Source: Staphylococcus phage pSco-10. From it: a DNA stretch of 64,000 nt. The stretch is taken from sequence record KX011028.1; one strand, given 5' to 3'. The notes under the pieces were generated by a model. The model was given only the letters and a program-made list of their open reading frames with translations, was not told the origin of the DNA and ran no database searches. Positions 36,533-46,060 of this stretch are shown here, piece after piece; position 1 is the first letter of the stretch, and every line of letters begins with the position of its first letter. A program made the translations under genes and the position numbers.

Positions 36533-37473
36533 CCTGTATATTCAGTAATGGTCGTTAATCATTACCAGTTCTCTTATGAACTTCCTTATGTTTCCATAAG
36601 TGAGTAGACTATATCATTCTTCCTCTTGGGAAGTCCACCGTTTCGATTTAACAAGGCTTTATACGATTATTACTCGGTACCTTGACCACTTGGCTCTAAC
36701 CTTATCCCTTCACTTATGTGAATAGGTTACAGATAGTCGTTGGGCATTTAATATAAATTGTAATCATTTCTTTTCAAATTTTCTAGGTGTTAACCTTTTA
36801 TACTCAGGGTAATTATCAGAATCTAATCTATAACCAATTGTAGTATGTCCTATACCTAAAGTTCTAGATGCCTCAGATGTGCTCTCATATTTTATACCAT
36901 CTATCTCTATTGCTTTAGAGTTAGCTTTTTTTACAGAGTTTATCATCTTTTCTGTTTTAGGCTTACCGTACTGATGATTTCCTTGACCGCTCATTTGTTG
37001 CTTTCTCATCTCTCTAAGCTCTTCTTTTCGAGGGTTTGTTGTAAATATATCTCCTCCTACGGAAGATAATTTTACATTATAGTAATTATCATCATAAACT
37101 GCATTGGTTTCTAATATTAGTTCTTCCTCATCCTTTTCTAATTCTTCTGTCGTATAGTAATTTTTTATAATTTCTTTAGTAAAATTATTTTTACCATACT
37201 TCTTAATATCTTCTTGTAGATATCTTCCTGAACCTAAGTACTTTTCCCAATCATTTATTCTATTATAAAGAAATTTTCCGATATACTTTTTACCATTTAT
37301 AGAGCATGTAGTTATATAAACAGCTCCGATAGGTTTATTTTCCATAATATCACTCTCCTATGAGTGATTACAATTTATATATTTAGCAACGGATTACCAT
37401 ATCATTTGACGTAGGCTTCCCCGTTTTAGATGGATTTTTCGATAACGATTGCTCGTTAAAGGTGCATTTGTTT
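36533..37473 (-). other. group I intron 2 of nrdE (941 nt) carrying a GIY-YIG endonuclease ORF
   Basis: exon 2 ends …SNLC (tgt, U), intron ends …atacagg (G); contains td-intron-like element tctaaaacggggaagcc and TAGTC P7-like segment. Confidence 0.7.
36764..37345 (-). CDS. intron-encoded GIY-YIG homing endonuclease (193 aa; GAVYITTCSINGKKYIGK)
   Basis: GIY-(10 aa)-YIG motif. Confidence 0.75.
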   Translation of the reverse strand: MENKPIGAVYITTCSINGKKYIGKFLYNRINDWEKYLGSGRYLQEDIKKYGKNNFTKEIIKNYYTTEELEKDEEELILETNAVYDDNYYNVKLSSVGGDIFTTNPRKEELREMRKQQMSGQGNHQYGKPKTEKMINSVKKANSKAIEIDGIKYESTSEASRTLGIGHTTIGYRLDSDNYPEYKRLTPRKFEKK

Positions 37474-37899
37474 ACACAAGTTACTCATTTTAACTTTACC
37501 TAAGTTTTTAAGAGGGTGGTTATCATTGGCATTATCAACATAGAATACGTAAGGATAACCTGATTCTAATTGTGTTTTAGCAATATCTGTCATGACTTCT
37601 CTAGCATCATGTTTTACTTTACCAATCTTATCATTAGTTAGTAGTTCTTCGTACCATTCATCAATGTTTAATTCATCTAGATACTTACCATATACTTTAT
37701 TAATATCATAAGTGTCAAAAGTATAGAAAGGTTTGCCTTCTTTAACTAATTCCATAAATTTATTAGGAATTGTAACACCAATAGATAATTTATCTAGTCT
37801 AACTGATTCACTGGCATTAATTTTCTTAGAACTTAATAAATCCAAAATATCATTGTGGAATATGTTTAAGTAAACTGCTCCACTTCCTTGTCTTACTCC
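37474..37899 (-). CDS. nrdE: ribonucleotide reductase large subunit, exon 2 (142 aa; GVRQGSGAVYLNIFHNDI...KVKMSNLC)
   Basis: matches NrdE RQGSGAAYLNIFH...SNLC region; length divisible by 3. Confidence 0.7.
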
Positions 37900-38094
37900 C
37901 AGTTATGTTACGAATAGAATCGTTACTTCTATCCTTCTATATGTCACCATATAAGCTCAGACTATATCATAATCCTAGACGTTACTCTAGAATCCTCTCT
38001 ATTTCCAATCACTTGATTGTACTCTACTCAGTTATATTGCAATAAGCCCTCCCGGCGTAAAGCTCACTTTTCGATAGTCGTTGCACAAAATAAC

Positions 38095-38763
38095 TTACCA
38101 ATTCATTAAATGTTTAAGTTTAACCCATCTTTTCTTACTTTTAATATGGTAGTAAATACTCTCTGTTGCTTTTGGTACTTCAGCTAGTATATAATTCTTG
38201 TCATACCCTTTATTTATCATATCAATTATAAGCTTAGCATCACTTTCAGTTATCGTTTTATCATAATTAACGAGTCCTGATTTATGTGCATGTGTATTAT
38301 TTTCTTCTATGGTACACCATTCTAGATTAAGTACACTATTATTTAATTTATCCCCATCTCTATGATTTATATACTTCTTACTTCTATCATTTTGAGGTAT
38401 AAAAGCCTTAGCTATTAATCTATGTTTAAATAGATACTTATATTTACCATTAACTTTAATTCTAAACTTGTGATAACCTTTTTTAATTTGAGAAGCTACG
38501 ACATAATTAAATTCTGTATTTACTAATCTACCATGATTAGTTATAGAGTAGTTTTTAAACTCTGTCTCTACTAGAATTTCAAAAGGTTCTCTTTTAAACT
38601 CAGGTAATCCCATTTTTACTTTAGTTAAGTTATTTTTATTTCGGTAATTTTGAATAGTTGTTTTAGGTATATCTAACTCTTTAGATAATTCCCTATCAGT
38701 CATAGTTAAATAATTATCTTTAATGAATTTCTGTATTTCTTTGTTTTCAGTTATTTTGCTCAT
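38095..38763 (-). CDS. intron-encoded HNH endonuclease (about 222 aa; NHRDGDKLNNSVLNLEWCTIEEN) with N-terminal HTH
   Basis: HNH motif; RBS aaaaaggagac before ATG at 38763. Confidence 0.7.
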   Translation of the reverse strand: MSKITENKEIQKFIKDNYLTMTDRELSKELDIPKTTIQNYRNKNNLTKVKMGLPEFKREPFEILVETEFKNYSITNHGRLVNTEFNYVVASQIKKGYHKFRIKVNGKYKYLFKHRLIAKAFIPQNDRSKKYINHRDGDKLNNSVLNLEWCTIEENNTHAHKSGLVNYDKTITESDAKLIIDMINKGYDKNYILAEVPKATESIYYHIKSKKRWVKLKHLMNW

Positions 38764-38785
38764 GATTGTCTCCTTTTTTTCTTTT

Positions 38786-38814
38786 AGTATAGCATAAGTA
38801 TTACTAAAAGTCAA
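38786..38814 (-). promoter_or_regulatory. promoter TTGACT-17-TATACT located inside nrdE intron 1, driving the HNH gene
   Basis: agtcaa 38809..38814, agtata 38786..38791 on plus strand. Confidence 0.55.
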
Positions 38815-38887
38815 GTTTGGAGAGTTCCCATGAATTAAGAGAGTTTTTTAACCTATAATATCTCTACTATAGGGGGCAGTTTTATTT

Positions 38888-39607
38888 ACCCTGGTCATAA
38901 ATACCTACTTTATGCTCAATAGCTTTAGCAAAAGCAATAACACCTTTACTTGAGTTAGGTCTATTACGTACTGGAGCACCTTTAGGTCTAATTCTAGTTA
39001 AGTCAATTGCAACTCCGCCACCATTAGAACTAGCGTTAGCTACACTATCTTCAACAAAGTTTAGAGACTCAATTGAATCATCTACTACAAATAGGTAACA
39101 TGAACTTAGTTCACCTCTATTGGCTTGTCCTGAGTTATTATACGTAGGTGTAGATGGTTGGAATGTTTGTTCCATAAGTTGTACTAGTAATTCTCTAGCT
39201 TTTACATAATCATTTTGGAATAGATATAAAGCTACTCGAACGTTATGTTGCTCATAATCTTCAACAAAAATAGGTTTCTCATCTTCATCATACTGTTTTG
39301 ATGCATAAGACTCATAAAACTTCTGACCTGCCATGAAACTAGGGAACTTAAAGTTAAAGCTGTAAGCTAACTTAGTCATTTCATCAATAATAGTATCAGG
39401 AACACTATCAAATATCTTATCATAAGTTCCTTCTTCTGTCAATACTCTAATTCTTTCTACTTCACTACTAAATTTTCTTGTGTTATCATCAATATATTTT
39501 AAATACTCATCTAAAGCTTCTTGGTCTTTATAGAGTTTATTTTTTCCATTATCATCTAATTGAGTTATCTCGTTGTTTAACTCAATCCATTTTCCATATG
39601 TTGCCAT
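38888..39607 (-). CDS. nrdE: ribonucleotide reductase large subunit, exon 1 (240 aa)
   Basis: N-terminal NrdE homology; exons 1+2+3 = 704 aa. Confidence 0.7.
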
Positions 39608-39621
39608 ATATCTCTCATCCT

Positions 39622-40053
39622 TTACGCTACTTTATATTTATTACTAAAGTGTTCTAATATTGGTTGTATCTCGTTAAAGTGTCCTGATTGCTCTACTTTA
39701 GCAATTAAAGGAATCTTAAACATCTCTGAAATCTTTGTACTTGCTCCACAGAAATTAGAGCCCCATTGTTTATTTCCTGTACCAATAACTTCTTTAGGGC
39801 TCCCATTAATTTCTAAGAATCTTTCTATTTGTTTAGGTATTGCACCTTTCATATAAGTAGGTGTTATTAGTATAAAAGGTTTATCTACTTTCTCTTTTCC
39901 ACTCTTAACTCTAAACGTTTCAAATGAATTATTAATATTAATTTTGTTTACTAGTCGTTCTGTTTGTCCTGTACCTGAAAAATATACAATTAACGGTCTT
40001 TCTTTACTTGTCATACTTATCTTACCTTCCTTATATATCACTAAGAAGGTCAT
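39622..40053 (-). CDS. nrdI: NrdI flavodoxin-like protein (143 aa)
   Basis: flavodoxin-like motif (VYFSGTGQTERL) and position upstream of nrdE. Confidence 0.7.
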   Translation of the reverse strand: MTFLVIYKEGKISMTSKERPLIVYFSGTGQTERLVNKININNSFETFRVKSGKEKVDKPFILITPTYMKGAIPKQIERFLEINGSPKEVIGTGNKQWGSNFCGASTKISEMFKIPLIAKVEQSGHFNEIQPILEHFSNKYKVA

Positions 40054-40639
40054 TAATCAATTCATCTTCATGCTTACTTACCTCAGATAAATTAGACTCG
40101 ACCTTCTTGTATGGTTTTACATCTTTTTTGTCGTAGCAAGATATAATATAAGAAGGTGTAAATGAGGTCAACCCACTCATGGTAGTTATAAGGACATCGT
40201 AAAAAAATTTGTCTTTTCTAATATTATCAATAATAAAATCTGTTCTCATAACAGGGTATTCATTATCTCTTAAGTCCTCATATACTTTTTCATCATAAGG
40301 TAAAGCAACGTAACTCTGAGCTCTATTTCTAGTAAATATTAAGCAAGGTGTCTTATTCACCTTGCTACTATCATTAATTACTTGTTCCCACCATGTGTGT
40401 GGCTCTCTATTGTTTAGAAGAACATTATCTATAGTCCATTCTTCTCTATGTTTACATTCAACTACTAAAGGAAAATTAGCTTCCTGAGGTACTACTATAT
40501 CTCCGACAGCATTATTATCTTTACCCCAAGAGGCACCACCTGATTGAGGAGACCTATTAAATTGATATCCCCACCAAGCAGTTAATTCTTTAGCTATTTT
40601 ACGTTCGAATGTATCTCCTTTTTTCTTACTGTTCGTCAT
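40031..40639 (-). CDS. PD-(D/E)XK protein resembling archaeal Hjc-type Holliday junction resolvase (202 aa; KKKGDTFERK...GDIVV...VVECK)
   Basis: Hjc-like motif order. Confidence 0.4.
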   Translation of the reverse strand: MTNSKKKGDTFERKIAKELTAWWGYQFNRSPQSGGASWGKDNNAVGDIVVPQEANFPLVVECKHREEWTIDNVLLNNREPHTWWEQVINDSSKVNKTPCLIFTRNRAQSYVALPYDEKVYEDLRDNEYPVMRTDFIIDNIRKDKFFYDVLITTMSGLTSFTPSYIISCYDKKDVKPYKKVESNLSEVSKHEDELINDLLSDI

Positions 40640-41078
40640 TTTTCTTCAACTGAATTACTTTTTCATTGCTGTCAGATTCAGTTTCTTCTTGTACTTCTTC
40701 TTGTTGTTTTTGACGTAATTCTTCTTGCTTCTCTTTTAAGTAAGCTTCTCGTTTATCATTTAACTTATTCTTAGCTTTTTCAACTTGTTCTTGAGTTACT
40801 CCTAACTCATCTTCCATGATAATCATCATTAAGTCAATTGCATTGAATGCATCATTAAAATCTCCTGAAATCTCTTGAACTGTAATAGCATTAAGTACTT
40901 TAGCAATACGAGTTGCTTCTTCTAAAGAAACACTACGTGAGCCAATTCTATCCAACTGTTTAGCTGTTTTCTCATCAACTTGTTTACCATCAACAGTTCC
41001 CTGTACTACAGCTTCAATCCATTTCTCCATGTCTGCTTGACTAATACCTTTTGTGTGTGTGCTAATATTTTTTTCCAT
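40626..41078 (-). CDS. hypothetical acidic coiled-coil protein (150 aa)
   Basis: ORF track. Confidence 0.5.
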   Translation of the reverse strand: MEKNISTHTKGISQADMEKWIEAVVQGTVDGKQVDEKTAKQLDRIGSRSVSLEEATRIAKVLNAITVQEISGDFNDAFNAIDLMMIIMEDELGVTQEQVEKAKNKLNDKREAYLKEKQEELRQKQQEEVQEETESDSNEKVIQLKKNDEQ

Positions 41079-41416
41079 TATTCTTGTTCTCCTTTTTCTT
41101 CTTCATTTTTAGGTTCTTCTTGTGATTTATCAATTGATTCTTGAATGTAGTCTAATACATCTTCGTTAATAAGCTCTGCTTTATACAAAGCATCAATTAA
41201 AATATTTAAGTTTAACTCATTGTTGTATTCTAAGTCTGTCATTTGCTCATTAACACCTATCATAAGGTTAGTAATAGCTTTAGCTACATCTGTTAATGTT
41301 GCTGTTTCTTCTTTACCTATTTCTTCTAATTGATGTTGTCGTTGCTCATTACCAACTCTTAGAGCTGTAATGTATTCATCTACAAATTTTAAAATATCTT
41401 TTTTATTATTTGACAT
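41078..41416 (-). CDS. hypothetical highly acidic protein (112 aa)
   Basis: promoter 41453..41481. Confidence 0.5.
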   Translation of the reverse strand: MSNNKKDILKFVDEYITALRVGNEQRQHQLEEIGKEETATLTDVAKAITNLMIGVNEQMTDLEYNNELNLNILIDALYKAELINEDVLDYIQESIDKSQEEPKNEEEKGEQE

Positions 41417-41452
41417 TATTTTTTTTTCTCCTTTATTAATTACTTAAGTACT

Positions 41453-41481
41453 AGTATAACATAAAACTCTTCTAAGGTCAA
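41453..41481 (-). promoter_or_regulatory. promoter TTGACC-17-TATACT
   Basis: ggtcaa 41476..41481 on plus strand. Confidence 0.5.
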
Positions 41482-41483
41482 GC

Positions 41484-42551
41484 CTAAAGTTTAAGTTTTT
41501 GTTGTATTTTGTAACTTTGTATACTTTCAGGTGTTACTAGTACTCGATTCTGTTTTAGTAACTCAAAAGCTTTCCTTGTTCCCATATCATTTGCATCCTC
41601 GTCACCATGAGGTACAAAGTAAACTTTATTAAAGTGTGTTTTTAGCTTATAGGCTAAATCTATATTATTATCTAATGCATCAGTATCTAACATAATATAT
41701 ATTGATGTGTCTACACTAACATAATCAATTATTTTTTTTATTTGATTTTCTGTTACTTGTTTACCTAGTGTTGCTACCCCATATTCATGAAAAGTTAAAG
41801 CATCAAATACACCTTCAGTTATAACTAAGAATTTTTTCTTTCTTGCTATATTTAAATTAAATACGACATCTTTTCTTCCTACTTCATCTTGTTTAGCAGG
41901 AGCATTAATAGATTTAATATAAGGGTTTTTCTCTATACTTCGTGTGTTCCAATACTGATAGTTTCCATCATTATCATACGTAAAGAATATAATACTATTC
42001 CTTAATGATACTTTTGATTCCCCATCAACTTTATAGAAGCTCCCATTAATAACATAACCTATATTATTGTTAATGATTTGTTCTAAAGTTATACCTCTAC
42101 CTTTTAAGTATTTTAGAAAAGGTATAATCTCTCTATTATTTAAATTATCTTTTAATAATTTATATCCATCAGGTAATCTAGGTGGTTTAATACTAGTATT
42201 TCCTTTATCTTGGTGTACTCCTCTAAGCATTAATATAAGTTTCTCTGATTCTGTTAAATCCTTGTTATTAGTTGTAAGTAAAGGGGCTCTCTCTATATCT
42301 ATGTTCTTAGACTCTAATAAGTCAAAAGCTTGTTTACCTGTAATGTTGTAATAGGTCTTCATAAATGTAATCGGGTTACCGGATTCATCACATTTTTTAC
42401 AATGATATTGACCATTACTAGAGTCTAAAGCTTGCTTAACATAGAACTTATAACTTTTTTCTCCACAAAACGGACAACAGTATCTTAGCTCACCTATAGT
42501 ATTCTCTTTTGGTTCTCCTAATTCTTGGGTTAAAAAGTCTTCAAACCTCAT
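41484..42551 (-). CDS. DNA primase (355 aa); CxxC...CxxC zinc ribbon plus TOPRIM (EGVFDALT, MLDTDALDN)
   Basis: DnaG-type domain motifs. Confidence 0.75.
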   Translation of the reverse strand: MRFEDFLTQELGEPKENTIGELRYCCPFCGEKSYKFYVKQALDSSNGQYHCKKCDESGNPITFMKTYYNITGKQAFDLLESKNIDIERAPLLTTNNKDLTESEKLILMLRGVHQDKGNTSIKPPRLPDGYKLLKDNLNNREIIPFLKYLKGRGITLEQIINNNIGYVINGSFYKVDGESKVSLRNSIIFFTYDNDGNYQYWNTRSIEKNPYIKSINAPAKQDEVGRKDVVFNLNIARKKKFLVITEGVFDALTFHEYGVATLGKQVTENQIKKIIDYVSVDTSIYIMLDTDALDNNIDLAYKLKTHFNKVYFVPHGDEDANDMGTRKAFELLKQNRVLVTPESIQSYKIQQKLKL

Positions 42552-42565
42552 AATATCCTTCCTTA

Positions 42566-43162
42566 CTATTTACTAATTTTTTTCATCAATAGTAACATAT
42601 TGTAAATCTGTCCTAGGTCACTATAAGTTACGTCTACAGAAAAATCACTCTCTTTAAGTGCTTCATTTAATTGTGACTCTTCTGATTTCATGTTAAAGAT
42701 TCTCAATTCTTCTTCTGTTTTACCTTCTAAGTACCTAGTAACAACAATAGTTTTAAGACTTTGGAATATAACTCCAATATCTCTGAACCCTTGTTCTACA
42801 ATGCTAGCATCATACTCTTCTGTTATAACAGGTAAACCGTATTGTTTAGCTTTCTCAATAATCTTTAAATTATCTTTACGTACTGCAGGGTTATACCAAT
42901 ACCCTATTCTACATCTATGATTATTATCTCTAATAATATCTAGGTCATTACTTTCTAAACCGTAAGACGAAGGTAAAGTAGAACGTAATCTTTTTAATTC
43001 TAAATACTCTCCATTTCTGCTTAACTTATACTCATAAGCATTACTTAAAGGATACCAATCAACTAAATTAGCTGTAGGTACATTCTCTATTGTTTTGTGC
43101 TCCTTATTACGATGAAACACATTAAGTGTTGCATTATCTTTATCTAAAATCTTTAATTTCAT
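42566..43162 (-). CDS. hypothetical protein (about 198 aa; start MKLKILDKDN)
   Basis: RBS ggagga before ATG at 43162. Confidence 0.5.
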   Translation of the reverse strand: MKLKILDKDNATLNVFHRNKEHKTIENVPTANLVDWYPLSNAYEYKLSRNGEYLELKRLRSTLPSSYGLESNDLDIIRDNNHRCRIGYWYNPAVRKDNLKIIEKAKQYGLPVITEEYDASIVEQGFRDIGVIFQSLKTIVVTRYLEGKTEEELRIFNMKSEESQLNEALKESDFSVDVTYSDLGQIYNMLLLMKKISK

Positions 43163-43743
43163 TATTTTTCCTCCAGTTTTATTTCTTCTTCTGTGGCATA
43201 ACGCCATTTATAATCTTTATGATATCCACCTCTTCTACCTGTACATTGTTGTGATATACTTTGATGTGTAAATCCACATCTATCAGCTTCCATCATAGAT
43301 TTAAAATATATCTTATCCTTACCATTTCTATGCTCTCCTATAATAGGAGTACCTCTGACATTATTTTTTATCTTAGTCTCAGATACCTTATTAATACGAC
43401 TACCGTAGGTATTATTATAGCTATGAGTACACCACTCTAAGTTATCTACTCTATTATTTTCTTTATTCTCATCTTTATGATTTATGCAAGGTAGATTATC
43501 AACATTAGGTAAAAAATGAGTAGCTACTAATTTATGAACCGTTACCGATTTTCTTTTTTTATTATCATATAAATGTACTACCATGTACCCAATACCATTA
43601 TTATTCAAAGATAAAATTTTCTCTTTCTTTTTCATCATATGGTTAGACCTTTTTATTAGCTTCTCTTTTGCCTTAACCCTACCATAATTAGAAATCATAT
43701 AATAGTTTTCATATCCTTCTATATCTTTCCATTCTTCTTTCAT
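43162..43743 (-). CDS. free-standing HNH endonuclease (193 aa; CINHKDENKENNRVDNLEWCTHSYN)
   Basis: HNH motif; inserted between sbcC-like gene and primase gene. Confidence 0.7.
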   Translation of the reverse strand: MKEEWKDIEGYENYYMISNYGRVKAKEKLIKRSNHMMKKKEKILSLNNNGIGYMVVHLYDNKKRKSVTVHKLVATHFLPNVDNLPCINHKDENKENNRVDNLEWCTHSYNNTYGSRINKVSETKIKNNVRGTPIIGEHRNGKDKIYFKSMMEADRCGFTHQSISQQCTGRRGGYHKDYKWRYATEEEIKLEEK

Positions 43744-45662
43744 TATTTTTCCTCCAATTTTGATACTCCTTTTTCTTTTATAATTTTAATTGTCTGTTCA
43801 AATAAAGGAGCTAAACTTTGGTTATGAGTAATTACAAAGATAGTTCCTACTGTATTAAGTCTATCCTTTAATAACTTAATTACATTTTCACATCCTACAG
43901 TATCTAACCCATCAAAACATTCATCATAAAGTGCAATATTTGTAGATATCTCATCTTTACTCATAATTAAATCCTGAATTGCAAAGCTAATTGCTAGGTC
44001 AATACGTTTTTGTTCTCCTGCTGAGTTTGATTTGTATGAGCCTCCGCCCTTACTATTCTTAACAATAACATCAAACTTATCTTTTAGTTCTCCTTTAGCA
44101 TTCTTCACCTGAGTTTGGAATTCTATTTCAATATCTGAACCTGATAAAGTTTGAAGATATTCATTGGCTTTCTCATTTAAGAAAGGTGTAATAAAGTCTA
44201 ACACTACTGAACGTATACCTTTATTACTAAAAGCATCTACAGCTTGTTGATACTTACCTTTCTTACTTTCTAATTGTACTACATTTTCTTCATGTTTGTC
44301 AATAGCATTTTGTAATTCTTTTTTATCTTTTTCATGTTTTTCTTTGCTTGGCTCTTCTCGTTCTAATCCTTGAATAGATTGATGCTGATATTTCACTTTT
44401 AAATATGTTTTATTATTCTCTAATGAACTAATATCTGATTTAATCTTAGAAGACTCTTGAATGAGTCTATTAATCCTGTTGTTGTGTTCTCGTTCTTGTT
44501 GGTCTTCTTGGGACATTTTGTCTTTAATTTCTTGTGCTTTATTATTTACTTTATCAATAGCTTCTTTGTACGTATCTTTCGTTCCTAATAAACTAGTAAT
44601 CTCTTGTTTCTTACGTTCAATCTGATTATTGATATTTTCCTGCTCTTTAAGTTTATGAGAGTTATCTATAGGAGAACCACAAACAGGACAATGGTCGTTT
44701 GTATCTAACTGATTTAAGCTATTATTTAGTGTAGCTATCTCAGATTTTAGTACCTGCTCCTTAGTATTATAATCTGTATATACTTGATTTAATTCAGTTA
44801 ATTTATTAGAAAGTAAATCTAGGCTCTGAGAGGCTTTATTATAGTCCTCTGAATGCTTAAATTGTTCATTAGGTATTGTTGGTACCTGTGAAGTTAATTG
44901 CTCTATTTGAGCTTCTATTTGCTTCTCCTCTTGCTCTCTTAATCTATCTTTCTCTTTATTACTGTTTTCTATCTGAACCAATTGTTCTTTATATTGATTG
45001 TACTGTTCTACTTCCTTTTGAAAATATTCATCTTTTGTAGATAACTGATATCCTAATTTATCTATTTCTTGTCTTAGGTTATTTTGTTGTTCCTCTACTT
45101 CTTTAACTTTCTCTTTTGCTACATCTTGTGCTTGCTTATATACATCTGTTTTAGTAATGGATTCAAGAATCTCTTTCTTACCTTTATCTGTTGCTTGGGA
45201 GAACATAGGAATATCTCCTTGACCGTACATGATAGCATTAACATAAGTATTAAACTCAATCCCAAATAAATCCTGTATCTGTTTATCAGTAACATCATTT
45301 GTTGAGCCTGTAATTTCGTTACCATTAACAAATAATTTTACTTTGTTCTTATTCTCTTTATCCTTACGATAACGCTCAATTAAATAGCTATCTTCTCCAA
45401 TATCGAACTTAAGTTTAACAGATGTATTTTTCTTCTCAATATTATTTACTACATCATCTGCTTTTAACCCTTTTTCAGTTTTACCATATAAAGCATAAGT
45501 AATGGCAGATATTAAAGTTGACTTACCGGAGCCATTTGAATGGAATGACTCGTTAGATTTATTCTCACCCTCAATAAGTATTAAACCTCTATTCTCTAGC
45601 TCTAGTGTAGCTTCTTTAATTGCTAAAAAATTATTAACTTCTACTTGTTTAAATACTACCAT
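43743..45662 (-). CDS. sbcC: SbcC/Rad50-like ATPase (639 aa); Walker A NGSGKST, long coiled coil with CPVCGSP zinc hook, C-terminal D-loop/Walker B LYDECFDGLD
   Basis: ABC-ATPase head, coiled coil, CxxC hook architecture. Confidence 0.8.
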   Translation of the reverse strand: MVVFKQVEVNNFLAIKEATLELENRGLILIEGENKSNESFHSNGSGKSTLISAITYALYGKTEKGLKADDVVNNIEKKNTSVKLKFDIGEDSYLIERYRKDKENKNKVKLFVNGNEITGSTNDVTDKQIQDLFGIEFNTYVNAIMYGQGDIPMFSQATDKGKKEILESITKTDVYKQAQDVAKEKVKEVEEQQNNLRQEIDKLGYQLSTKDEYFQKEVEQYNQYKEQLVQIENSNKEKDRLREQEEKQIEAQIEQLTSQVPTIPNEQFKHSEDYNKASQSLDLLSNKLTELNQVYTDYNTKEQVLKSEIATLNNSLNQLDTNDHCPVCGSPIDNSHKLKEQENINNQIERKKQEITSLLGTKDTYKEAIDKVNNKAQEIKDKMSQEDQQEREHNNRINRLIQESSKIKSDISSLENNKTYLKVKYQHQSIQGLEREEPSKEKHEKDKKELQNAIDKHEENVVQLESKKGKYQQAVDAFSNKGIRSVVLDFITPFLNEKANEYLQTLSGSDIEIEFQTQVKNAKGELKDKFDVIVKNSKGGGSYKSNSAGEQKRIDLAISFAIQDLIMSKDEISTNIALYDECFDGLDTVGCENVIKLLKDRLNTVGTIFVITHNQSLAPLFEQTIKIIKEKGVSKLEEK

Positions 45663-46060
45663 TACTTATCTCCTTTCGTAACCCTAAAGAAACAATTATG
45701 AGAACCATAATCAATCCAATAATATTCATCATGTTCTACAATTCTATTATAGTAATGTTTTTCAAAATTACTATCTTCAAAAATCTTTTTCATTTTAGAT
45801 AAACCATCTTCTAAACCTTCAACATTACAAATGTTCTCTATTACTCCATCCGAATCTTGAAATTGTAAAATAGGTTTCTTTTTATCTAAATCTTTGTCCT
45901 CAACATTACTAATATCTAGTTTGTTAATCTTAGGTTTCATATCTTTAAACGCTTTCCATAAATCTTCTTTTACCTGTTCCCAATCTTCTGCTAAATTTTC
46001 TCCATCTGACCTGTTTAGATATTCTTTATACTTTCTCACTATAAAACCTCCTTCAAACAT
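45662..46060 (-). CDS. hypothetical protein (132 aa) between the sbcD- and sbcC-like genes
   Basis: stop overlaps sbcC start (TAATG). Confidence 0.5.
   Translation of the reverse strand: MFEGGFIVRKYKEYLNRSDGENLAEDWEQVKEDLWKAFKDMKPKINKLDISNVEDKDLDKKKPILQFQDSDGVIENICNVEGLEDGLSKMKKIFEDSNFEKHYYNRIVEHDEYYWIDYGSHNCFFRVTKGDK

Larger units (their letters stand above)
37900..38887 (-). other. group I intron 1 of nrdE (about 988 nt) carrying an HNH endonuclease ORF with its own promoter
   Basis: exon 1 ends …YDQG (ggt, U), intron ends …aactg (G); GC-rich core segments (gccgggagggc, atagtctgagc). Confidence 0.6.

Noticed and set aside
2715-43207. N-terminal extensions given by the ORF track (e.g. MLRLIYNQLGGDIM..., MTLFLFCGILIYRKERLIM..., MALCHRRRNKTGGKIM..., MTFSNTYAILKEKKETIM..., MLYDNRSYHYNCVW...)
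   Set aside because: The track uses the longest ATG/GTG/TTG ORF. The extensions run through upstream promoters or terminators, or into the preceding gene, whereas an internal ATG with a canonical GGAGG-type ribosome-binding site at 7-9 nt is present.
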